Source: Negativicutes bacterium
Lineage (GTDB): Bacteria > Bacillota > Negativicutes > UBA1444
Length of the DNA: 64,000 nucleotides
Reading direction: 5' to 3'
Assembly (NCBI GenBank): GCA_963665275.2
Contig: CAXXIN010000017.1
Coordinates: forward strand, 1-64,000
Below the pieces are notes generated by a model. The model searched no databases. It worked only from the letters and a program-made list of their open reading frames with translations, and was not told the DNA's origin. Position numbers and translations under genes: made by a program. Positions 50,287-58,557 of the stretch are shown piece by piece; positions within the stretch are counted from its first letter, which is position 1; each line of letters starts with the position of its first letter.

Positions 50287-51915
50287 TTATTTTCCTTGAA
50301 TAAAAATCAGCTTGTTCTGCGGTATCGGCGCTCCGTTGCCGACGCCCTGAAAGGTGTACCACAAACGAACCTTGTCATTGAATGCCCAATAAGAACGAGG
50401 ATAGTACAGCGGCAGAAATGGCAAATCACGCGCCGCCAATTCCTGCACTTGATATACCCAGTTGCGACGAAGCGTTGGGTCCATTTCTGTGCGGCTCTTA
50501 CTCACTGCTTCTTTCCAGTCTTCGCCCCCTTGCCAGCGGGCGCCAAAGAATATCTCCCGCGTCAGCAGACGACTGAAGGCTTCGGGGTCGCAACCAAGTC
50601 CGCCGCTGCCGGTCAGCGCCAATTGAAATTGCCAGGACTCCTGGCGGCTGTCCACCGTTTTGGGGTCCATCACCCGCAGATCGACGGCAATTCCCTCTTT
50701 AGCCAATTGGTTCTTGATAAATTCGCCCTGTCGCTCTGACGGCGCACCGGTCATCGCCAGCCCGCCCGATCCTACGAGCAGCTCAAATTTCAGAGGCTGC
50801 CCCTCTTTAATCCATTGGCTGTTTTCTTTGCGATACCCCGCTTTGGCGAGCAGGGTTGCCGCCTGAACCGGATCATAAGAATATTTCCCCACAACTTGCG
50901 GATTGGCCCATGGGCTGACGGGTGGAGCCAGACCCGGACTCCCTGCCGCTCCATGACCACGCAGGGTAGTTTTTACCATCTCCGGTCGGTCAATCAGGAA
51001 AGCCAGCGCCTGACGAACTTCGACTTGATTCAGCGGAGCCTGTCGATGATTCATGAGCAGGACGGCGATCCAATCGCCTTCCTGAGAGATCAGGTGAAAG
51101 CCATCTTTTTTCAGCGGCTCCGCCATATCCGGCGGCACTTGCGCGGCATCCACTTCGCCGCGTTTGAGTGCAGCGACCGACATATCCCAGCTCAATTTGA
51201 TGAATCGCAGCTCTTTCACTCTCGCCTCACCCAGATAGTGCCCCGGCGCGGCAGTGAAGCGGTAAGTCCCGTGTTCTTTACTATATTCCGTTAAACGGTA
51301 TGGGCCGGTACCCACCACGGCCGCAGGGCCGGTAAACCTTTTGGGATCTGTCACGTCTTTCCAAATATGTTCCGGCAAAATAGGCACAGAGGAAGCGATG
51401 TAATCCAAAAATGGCGCGTATGGTTCAGTCAAGAAAATTTTTACCGTCGTGTCATCAACAGCTTCCGCCCGAATCACTTGCGGCGTCGAAATGTAGGGAT
51501 AGGGGTTCTTTTTGTAGTACTCAAAGGTAAATACTACATCCTTGGCGCTAAAGGGTGCGCCATCATGCCACTTCGCACCATTTTGCAACGTCATCTTCCA
51601 CGCTTTTTCGTTCGACAGCCATTCCCATGTTTTAGCAAGGCCGGGTCCGTATCCCGTTTCGTTTTTCCAAACCAATGTGTCAAACACAAGGGTCATACGG
51701 ATATAGCCGGGACCCCGGAGATAATGTCCGTAAGGATTGGGCAGCCCCCAGTCACCTGTCGTATCGGCGATGGTCATGATCCAGGAATCACTCTTGGACT
51801 GTGGCACAGCAGACTTCTTATCTGTTGCTGCCCCACCGCACCCTACAGCGAGCAGCAGTATAAGAGCCGTCACCCAAAGGTATAGTACGCGAATTTTATT
51901 TCCCCTGTCGTGCAT
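50287..51915 (-). CDS. Family 5 ABC substrate-binding lipoprotein (NikA/OppA-like)
   Basis: Lipobox AVGC, KWHDGAPFSAKDVVFT, GTGPY, VRQALAFLIDR. Confidence 0.9.
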   Translation of the reverse strand: MHDRGNKIRVLYLWVTALILLLAVGCGGAATDKKSAVPQSKSDSWIMTIADTTGDWGLPNPYGHYLRGPGYIRMTLVFDTLVWKNETGYGPGLAKTWEWLSNEKAWKMTLQNGAKWHDGAPFSAKDVVFTFEYYKKNPYPYISTPQVIRAEAVDDTTVKIFLTEPYAPFLDYIASSVPILPEHIWKDVTDPKRFTGPAAVVGTGPYRLTEYSKEHGTYRFTAAPGHYLGEARVKELRFIKLSWDMSVAALKRGEVDAAQVPPDMAEPLKKDGFHLISQEGDWIAVLLMNHRQAPLNQVEVRQALAFLIDRPEMVKTTLRGHGAAGSPGLAPPVSPWANPQVVGKYSYDPVQAATLLAKAGYRKENSQWIKEGQPLKFELLVGSGGLAMTGAPSERQGEFIKNQLAKEGIAVDLRVMDPKTVDSRQESWQFQLALTGSGGLGCDPEAFSRLLTREIFFGARWQGGEDWKEAVSKSRTEMDPTLRRNWVYQVQELAARDLPFLPLYYPRSYWAFNDKVRLWYTFQGVGNGAPIPQNKLIFIQGK

Positions 51916-51942
51916 GCAAAAACCTTCCCCCCTTCAGCATAG

Positions 51943-52047
51943 AAAAAAGCCATAAAGAAATAGGCTCCTAGTGAACCCGATAATCCTTCATGGCTTATCA
52001 CGTATTCTCTATTCCCTGCTTCAGCAAGGTCTGCGGTGCATCCCGCT
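51943..52047 (-). promoter_or_regulatory. Structured 5' leader with intrinsic terminator (attenuator/riboswitch candidate)
   Basis: Hairpins GCGG/CCGC and CCTTGC/GCAGGG, then AAGCCATGAAGGA...TTTCTTTATGGCTT plus U-tract just before the RBS. Confidence 0.55.
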
Positions 52048-52054
52048 TTAATTA

Positions 52055-52083
52055 ATAATATAAGGTTGCAGCGGCGAAGTCAA
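52055..52083 (-). promoter_or_regulatory. Sigma70-type promoter of the ABC/FmdE operon
   Basis: TTGACT-N17-TATTAT. Confidence 0.65.
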
Positions 52084-52113
52084 TCGCGAAGGCAACACTT
52101 GGGCGATTCGGGA

Positions 52114-53073
52114 TTACAAATGAATCGAGTCTAACACGGCGCGAACTGTTTTGGCGCAATTCTTCATCTGGAGAATTTCAGTTTCCGGCAGTGGCAGGGG
52201 AAGCCTTTTTTCCACACCATTTTTACCAATAACACAAGGTATGCTCAGGGAGACCTTTTCATCAATCCCATATTCTCCATTCATCGTCACAGAAACCGGC
52301 CCTACAAAACGTTCGTCAAACAAAACGGCTTTAGCCAGTCGAACCGCCCCCATCGCGATCCCTGTATTCGTCCAGCCTTTTCCATTCAAAACATCATAAG
52401 CGACTTGAACGACTTGCTTGCCGATCGCAGCTCTGTCAATCGGGGAAGCGACTTCAAAGTAATCATCCAGTTGATCTGCAGGAACTCCACCGATATTTAC
52501 CATGCTCCAGGCGGGGAAGGCGGAGTTGCCGTGCTCACCCAGCATGAAGGCTTGCACACTGCCCGGCGCAACATTATAGCGGTCTGCAAGAATTCGCTTG
52601 AGTCGGGCGGTTTCCAGCGTCGTCCCCGTACCAAACAGTTTCCCTTGCGGATAGCCAAAATAATTGGCTGCATAATATGTCGTAATGTCCAGAGGATTGG
52701 TGATAAAAATGATTACAGCGTCTTGGGTGTATTGAACGATTTGACTCATAACCTCTTTAACCGTTTCAGCATTACGGCCCGCTAAGACAAGACGATCCAA
52801 ATTTTCACCGCGAAGAACGCTGGGGCCGGCGCACATAATGATTACCTTGGCGTCCGCGCAATCTTGGTAAGTTCCTTTATGAACATAAATATTCGCATTG
52901 TAGTCGAATGGCGTGGCATGATCAGCGTCCAAGGCTTCGCCCATGGCTTTTTCTTCGTCAATATCAATCAAAGCAATTTCTGAAGCGATTTGGTGAGCGA
53001 TGGCGGTAGACAGAACCTGTGAACCGACATGTCCCACTCCAATGATTACCAACTTATTTGATACTTGACTCAT
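52114..53073 (-). CDS. L-lactate/L-2-hydroxyacid dehydrogenase family protein
   Basis: GVGHVG, ITNPLD, GTTLETARL, GEHGNS. Start taken at MSQVS after GGAGG. Confidence 0.9.
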   Translation of the reverse strand: MSQVSNKLVIIGVGHVGSQVLSTAIAHQIASEIALIDIDEEKAMGEALDADHATPFDYNANIYVHKGTYQDCADAKVIIMCAGPSVLRGENLDRLVLAGRNAETVKEVMSQIVQYTQDAVIIFITNPLDITTYYAANYFGYPQGKLFGTGTTLETARLKRILADRYNVAPGSVQAFMLGEHGNSAFPAWSMVNIGGVPADQLDDYFEVASPIDRAAIGKQVVQVAYDVLNGKGWTNTGIAMGAVRLAKAVLFDERFVGPVSVTMNGEYGIDEKVSLSIPCVIGKNGVEKRLPLPLPETEILQMKNCAKTVRAVLDSIHL

Positions 53074-53640
53074 AAACATCCCTCCATGCATTCTAGGCAG
53101 ATCAGCCCTGTCATTGAGCTGTTTTCCAACAGTAACTATTACTATTAGTTCGCTTTTTAATATTATTCTTTCTCTTCCCTTAGGTCAACTGAAAACATAA
53201 ATTTTTCTACCCAACTCCTGTGTCAAGCCATCACTAGGCCCTCTGACGGCAATAGTCACGGAAATTATTGACAGCAGTAAAGAACTCCCGCAACATAATC
53301 ACTCCGAGATAAGGTTTCGTCGTTATGAAAACACCATCCTTCGTGCCTTTTCCAACTCCGCCACTCAGTCGAAAAAACAGCAAAAATGGACCAAAGGCTG
53401 AGTGAAGCACACCAACCATATTTCTGCCGCAAATGTTTAGAATCAACCCTCAATCCAAACAACTGCATCATAAAATCATACAACATCATTGAGAAACGGC
53501 TAAATTTTCGCCGCGCTGCGATCGGGAAATTCACCGCTTCGATCTGTTGAATATATTCAGGGATGTTGAACGTGTTCGCATAAACGCACCCGCTTAAATT
53601 ATGTAACCCAATATTATTCTAATCATACTGCACTTTCAAT

Positions 53641-53687
53641 CATAAAATGAAACTCCCGGCAAAATATGCCGGGAATTTCATTTTATG
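53641..53687. terminator. Terminator closing the nitrogenase-like operon
   Basis: CATAAAATGAAA...CCCGGCA / TGCCGGG...TTTCATTTTATG inverted repeat. Confidence 0.7.
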
Positions 53688-53688
53688 G

Positions 53689-53925
53689 CTACTCATGATA
53701 AATTTCGAACAGCGCATCCGGTGGTGAAGCTACGATTGCAGCAGCCATAAATTCTTTCACTTTCTGCAATCGAACCCTTTCATCTTTCGTGATTACTTCC
53801 GCATGAATTTTGCGGGATAGATCCATGAACTCCTCTGGGATGACACCTTCCTTTACTGCCAGCCCAATTTGGGACTCTCCATAGCACACTTCAAAATAAT
53901 ATTTTCCGATTGGTATTTTTTTCAT
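53689..53925 (-). pseudogene. Probable C-terminal remnant of an FmdE-like hypothetical protein
   Basis: GKYYFEVCY...KEGVIPEEFMDLSRK...LFEI. No clear RBS; an out-of-frame coupled start (MMDNDFDE-stop) lies just upstream. Family recalled from memory. Confidence 0.4.
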
Positions 53926-53940
53926 TATTCATCAAAATCA

Positions 53941-54081
53941 TTATCCATCATTTCGTTCTTCCAGTTCTCCTTCAATCGACAAATAGCGTTTTTTCAATTC
54001 ATTCGCCACACCTTCATCCGGGCACCACATTCCACGTTTCACTGCCTCCAGCAATTTTTCCGCGATACGCTGCCTTGTCAA
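53941..54081 (-). pseudogene. cobN: C-terminal remnant of CobN/Mg-chelatase large subunit
   Basis: 46-codon open frame LTRQRIAEKLLEAVKRGMWCPDEGVANELKKRYLSIEGELEERNDG matches the CobN/BchH terminal IAERLLEAxxRGxW...YLxxEGxLE signature. Confidence 0.7.
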
Positions 54082-55385
54082 CCATCATTACTCCGCCGCT
54101 GCTTCTCCGCCGCAAAATTATTCCACAGGCGTTCCAATAGATTGGCTGCGCCACGCAGACCCATGAAAGGCCTCCCCGTGAGAATCACTTCGTCGTAAAC
54201 CGGCAAGGCAATGTTGCAACACACAGTCCCTGCTATCGATTGTTGACGCAAAAATGCTTTTTCACTGCCGCTCCCCAACAACAGGCCACCTGATAAGTTT
54301 TTCAGGCGGTTCTCGATTTCTTTACTGCTTGCCGCTCCATCCAAGATCGAATCCACATAGGATGGCATAGGACCGGCCATTGGCCCGTCATGCGCCACTA
54401 CCGTCAGTGCTCCAATGTCCGCCCACTCCAACCGTAAAGCCCGCGCCAGTCCTATCGCCACGGATCCCGGCGCTGCGACAACCGCTTGCTCGAACCAAAG
54501 ATCACCCCAGAACCGTTCCATATCCGCAATTGCCGTCCGAAATTCCTGTTGCCTGGAATTCGCTTCTTTCCGAAGAAAATTGCCTGCGGCGACCGGGTTG
54601 GAAGGGACATGAATTTTCAGCGTATCAATCCACGATACGGTTTGTTCGATTCCATACGGCGGCAACAGGGACACATAAGGCATATCGTATTGCTTCTGCA
54701 GTTGGCGCGCCAGTTCGCCTCCCAGTTCTTCATGCACAACGAGATTGATCGCAGCTCGTCGCATGAAAGCCATCTCGCCAACCGACGATCCCAATCCCGG
54801 CGAAACATGCAGCCGGTATCCAGCCATCAATAGTACCCGCCGCAGTTCCTCCAGATCAGTCACCGCATTGTAATAGCCAACCGAAAGCCCCAATAAATTA
54901 ACGGCCCTGGGATCTATCGCCGAGCAAGAGGGTAACTCCAGCATTTCAAAATACTTTTGAGTCGCTGCGCGATAACCTTCCCAAAACCCGCCGACAAGAC
55001 CGCCGCCATCCATGCATACTACCGGGCAGCCCAAATTCGCCTGACGTGCAATTCCTGCCAAATCATCACCAATAAGCCCCACCGAGCAATTATTAATAAT
55101 GAGAATCACCGAAGGTGAACACTTCTCTTTCAGCGTGTCCAGCGTCTCCAGCAAACAAGCCTCTGTGCCATACACAACCGCCTCATTATCCGCCTGCGAA
55201 CAAAAGAAACGTTCAGGTAACGAGGGACACTGTTTTTCCAAATATCTGCGAGCGTAAAAAGAGCACCATAGAGGCCCGTTGACCACCACCGCCGCATCGG
55301 GAATTCCCGCAAAAAAAGCTGTAGCTCCTGTTAGAGCGCAAGCGCTTACTTGCGTGCAAGCGTTATCCCATTCCGACTTAGCCAT
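54078..55385 (-). CDS. Nitrogenase component-1-like subunit (group IV, K/beta position)
   Basis: ACALTG, NGPLWC, VVYG, NNCSVGLIGDD, PYG, PFMGLRGA; no FeMoco Cys. Confidence 0.85.
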   Translation of the reverse strand: MAKSEWDNACTQVSACALTGATAFFAGIPDAAVVVNGPLWCSFYARRYLEKQCPSLPERFFCSQADNEAVVYGTEACLLETLDTLKEKCSPSVILIINNCSVGLIGDDLAGIARQANLGCPVVCMDGGGLVGGFWEGYRAATQKYFEMLELPSCSAIDPRAVNLLGLSVGYYNAVTDLEELRRVLLMAGYRLHVSPGLGSSVGEMAFMRRAAINLVVHEELGGELARQLQKQYDMPYVSLLPPYGIEQTVSWIDTLKIHVPSNPVAAGNFLRKEANSRQQEFRTAIADMERFWGDLWFEQAVVAAPGSVAIGLARALRLEWADIGALTVVAHDGPMAGPMPSYVDSILDGAASSKEIENRLKNLSGGLLLGSGSEKAFLRQQSIAGTVCCNIALPVYDEVILTGRPFMGLRGAANLLERLWNNFAAEKQRRSNDG

Positions 55386-56676
55386 AAATGATTCCTCCCC
55401 TGTTGCCCCGCCGCTCTGCCAAGCGCACCATTAATTCCAGCAAATAAACGACTCCCCGCACCCCGACCAAGGGCTGCATTGGCAATAATAATTGGGGTTT
55501 CAACGGCTCCTCCAGCTCATGGGTTGATATGATGAAATCGGCTCCGCGCATGACATCCGACGTTTCCGTCGAACCAAGGATCGGGGCAATCGTCTGCCGA
55601 GGCAATTGCTCTCGCAAAGCCGTTTGCTGAGTAGTTGTCAGCGAATCCTCCAACAACACCACGCCACTCAGTCTAGCGCCGGACAGTTCGATCAGCTCGA
55701 ATACCCACGCCGGATCGAACAGCAGCAGGGAGCGACCAATGCAAAAAACAAGTTTTTTCCCCTGTAACCGAAGCGTTACTATTTGTAGTTGCTCATTAAG
55801 TTCCAATGTTTGTTCATTGATCGCTTCTAGCGCTACTGTTTTTTGATTCAACTGTTCACCCATGGCGAATAGCCAATCTCTCGTCCGACTCCAGCCAACG
55901 GGGTAATCTTCTTTCAGCCAAGCAGTTCCGAACATAGTCTGCAAATCGCCTGCAAGTTTTTCCATCCATGGTCTGGCCTGTGGTGAACCGCCTACCGGAA
56001 TATTGATCGCAGCGGCCGGAACGAGTTGCATTTCTTCGATGGATGCATTCGCCGGAAACAAACTGAATTCTTCAAACCCGAAATAGCTCGACAAACGCTT
56101 AATTTCGATAATATCCCGGGTATTGTATCCACCGCGGTCTCCTAAAATCGTAATTCGTTTTTCTTGACGTGGCCGTGGTGTCATAAAGCGCTCCGCCAAT
56201 ATGCGGGCAGAGTGATAAAATCCGGCGTAAAAATCGCCATCCAAAAAACTGTGACAAGGAATTGAAAGAATCGGAACTTGCCAATCTTTCTCGGCCTGCG
56301 AGGCCATCGCATCGACATCGTCGCCAATCACACCCGCCACGCAGGAATTGGCAATGACCACATAGCGAGGATGATATTTTTCCACAACCCAATCAATGCA
56401 TTTGCGCAGTTGTTCACTGCCGCCAAAGATCGAATGTTCTTCCCGCAGTGCGCTGCACACCAGCGGCGCCGTGTATTGTCCCGGTGTAAAATAGTCACGC
56501 CCTATGGACCGGTACTGTATCCCCAAATCCATCTCATGGGTGACGTGGGCGCAGGATCGAGGGCTATGATAGATAACCGCGGCGCCCTCATTGCGCGAAA
56601 CTGCGCGCCAAACGCCGGACATACTGCAACTGTGGCTTTTGTTGCGCAACCGGATTGCCCGTCTACTCGATACCAT
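55378..56676 (-). CDS. Nitrogenase component-1-like subunit (group IV, D/alpha position)
   Basis: SCSMSG, HSPRSC, SIFGG, NSCVAGVIGDD, YPVG. Start taken at MVSSRR, overlapping the H gene. Confidence 0.85.
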   Translation of the reverse strand: MVSSRRAIRLRNKSHSCSMSGVWRAVSRNEGAAVIYHSPRSCAHVTHEMDLGIQYRSIGRDYFTPGQYTAPLVCSALREEHSIFGGSEQLRKCIDWVVEKYHPRYVVIANSCVAGVIGDDVDAMASQAEKDWQVPILSIPCHSFLDGDFYAGFYHSARILAERFMTPRPRQEKRITILGDRGGYNTRDIIEIKRLSSYFGFEEFSLFPANASIEEMQLVPAAAINIPVGGSPQARPWMEKLAGDLQTMFGTAWLKEDYPVGWSRTRDWLFAMGEQLNQKTVALEAINEQTLELNEQLQIVTLRLQGKKLVFCIGRSLLLFDPAWVFELIELSGARLSGVVLLEDSLTTTQQTALREQLPRQTIAPILGSTETSDVMRGADFIISTHELEEPLKPQLLLPMQPLVGVRGVVYLLELMVRLAERRGNRGGIIYG

Positions 56677-57475
56677 AGTCCAGCACCAACTTTTCCAATT
56701 CATCAAAACTTAAGGGTGCCGGTATATTCAAAACCTCATTTTCCATAATGAAGCTTGCCAATTGGCGATATATCTGCGCCTGGTTGGCTTCAGCATTCCA
56801 CTGAATCACCGTTTGCTTATGAATCTCCGCCTGATGCACCACCTTGTCCCGAGGAATGAACGCAACCAACCGGGTATTCAGCCGAGATGCAAAATCGCTC
56901 AACAATTCCCGTTCATTATCGATAGCACGGCTGTTGCCGATGATTCCACCGATGCGCACTTTCCCCCGTCCCGCAAAACGGGCAATTCCTTTGGCAATAT
57001 TATTGGCTGCATACAGCGACATCAATTCACCGGAAGACACGATATATATCTCTGTCGCGTACCCTTCCCGAATCGGTACGGCAAACCCGCCGCATACCAC
57101 ATCGCCCAATACATCGTAAAGAACCAGCTTCTCATCGGTAATGACATTTAGTGCCCGCAGTTTTTCCAGCGCCACAATAATCCCGCGACCGGCGCAGCCC
57201 ACACCAGGTTCCGGCCCACCCGCCTCCACACATTGCACCCCATTGAATCCGTTATGCACGATTTGCTCGACAGTAATATCGTCGCCTTCAGCACGAACCG
57301 TATCCAGAACCGTATGCGGACACACCCTGCCAAGCAGCAGTCGGGTTGAATCGTTCTTGGGATCGCAACCGATTTGGCAGACCGGATATCCCTTCTCTGC
57401 CAGCGCTGCCGAAACATTAGCCGCTGTCGTCGATTTTCCAATCCCGCCCTTGCCATAAAACGCAATTTTCTTCAT
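56663..57475 (-). CDS. NifH-like Fe protein (group IV NflH/CfbC-like)
   Basis: YGKGGIGKST, GCDPKND, EAGGPEPGVGCAGRG, DVLGDVVCGGF, YAANNI. Confidence 0.93.
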   Translation of the reverse strand: MKKIAFYGKGGIGKSTTAANVSAALAEKGYPVCQIGCDPKNDSTRLLLGRVCPHTVLDTVRAEGDDITVEQIVHNGFNGVQCVEAGGPEPGVGCAGRGIIVALEKLRALNVITDEKLVLYDVLGDVVCGGFAVPIREGYATEIYIVSSGELMSLYAANNIAKGIARFAGRGKVRIGGIIGNSRAIDNERELLSDFASRLNTRLVAFIPRDKVVHQAEIHKQTVIQWNAEANQAQIYRQLASFIMENEVLNIPAPLSFDELEKLVLDYGIE

Positions 57476-57884
57476 GCCAAACTTATTCCTTTCTTCCCTA
57501 TCCCCTGAATTTATGGTTGAAATCAGCAGGTGCGCATTAGTCCGTATATAGGAATAACGACGAGTTAATTCCCGTCGCTGACAATCTTCCCTATTCTCTT
57601 CAATGTCGCCATCAGGTGCGCCATTTTATTTCGCCGCTGTCCAAATACGAAATTCCTTCCCCAGGGCTCATTATTTTTTCTTTAGGCTTGGGCTTGGAGG
57701 GATACGCCCTGCAGCGCTTATATCATCCCTCCGTTATTTCCCATTCACGGGAAAACTCCCAAGTTCCGCGGGGCAAATCATCGGTGAACGCGTCCACCAT
57801 CCGCAATTCATCCCGCCGAATTGCACGGGTGTATTCGACTGCGCTCCTGCTGCAGTATGATTTGACATTGAAAAGGCAATGGTT

Positions 57885-58223
57885 CTATGCCTGACTGATA
57901 ATTTGGACGCCAGCAACGCCAAACGCCTGCTTAAGCGGCGTAATGAAATTTCTCTCCAACAGAGACCGGTGGAACTCTTTATCGGTTACGATGCGCAAAA
58001 ACGCACCATCTCGGCGCATTCCGACCAATGTTTCAATGTACTTGCCGAAATCCTCTTCACCAATCAGCCCTTTCAGAGCTTCCAGTTCCGGTTGCAATTC
58101 CTGTCGGGCTGCCACCAGCCGGGAAGATAACGGAGTAAATGCTTCCATGTGCAGTCCCGGTGAATTCATGACCGACAAATTTTCTTCAAACTCTTCAGGT
58201 TGCATTTCGCGATGAAGTAACAT
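57885..58223 (-). CDS. Hypothetical protein, C-terminal half DnaA N-terminal-domain-like
   Basis: RBS GGAGG; FGKYIETL...LRIVTDKEFHRSLLERNFITPLKQAF. Confidence 0.6.
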   Translation of the reverse strand: MLLHREMQPEEFEENLSVMNSPGLHMEAFTPLSSRLVAARQELQPELEALKGLIGEEDFGKYIETLVGMRRDGAFLRIVTDKEFHRSLLERNFITPLKQAFGVAGVQIISQA

Positions 58224-58257
58224 AACTCGACCTCCTTCGCACATAATTGAAGTGTTT

Positions 58258-58539
58258 TTATTTCACTGTATCCAGCAGAAGCAAAATATTGTTGCCGACT
58301 TCCGCATGAAATCTGATCTTGTCCTGATAGTAACTCCAGGACACATGCATCGCGTCATTCTTCGCTCCATATGTTTCTTGAAATTTAGCCGCCATTGCTT
58401 CAGACAGTTTCACTTCCAGCATCAAATTGTAGATGTCATACTTGTCATCTACTTTGACGTATTGCGAATCAATGACTGTCAGCTGGTAACGCTTTTCAAT
58501 CAGTTCAATGAGCCCCGCCAACACATTTTTCTCAGTCAT
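58258..58539 (-). CDS. Hypothetical protein (93 aa)
   Basis: RBS GGAGG; co-oriented directly after meaB. Confidence 0.7.
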   Translation of the reverse strand: MTEKNVLAGLIELIEKRYQLTVIDSQYVKVDDKYDIYNLMLEVKLSEAMAAKFQETYGAKNDAMHVSWSYYQDKIRFHAEVGNNILLLLDTVK

Positions 58540-58557
58540 CGCCCACGAACCTCCACA

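Noticed and set aside
53230-53620. Moco riboswitch-like ACTCCGAG start and short ORFs (53234-53446, 53265-53534)
   Set aside because: The 3' CCUCCCG...GGAAAGG element is missing, the orientation fits no downstream gene, and the ORFs lack RBS or recognisable motifs.
54078-57475. Calling the cluster a true nitrogenase (nifHDK)
   Set aside because: Subunits are short (~435 aa), lack recognisable FeMoco ligands, and no nifB/E/N is present in the window.
57476-57880. Cobalamin riboswitch upstream of the nifH-like gene
   Set aside because: AATAGGGAA is present but the B12 box and the GCCACTG/AGACCTGCC elements are not.
57734-57922. 62-aa ORF or PhzF-like VDAFTD fragment after the mutase operon
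   Set aside because: No RBS and only a six-residue resemblance; insufficient support.
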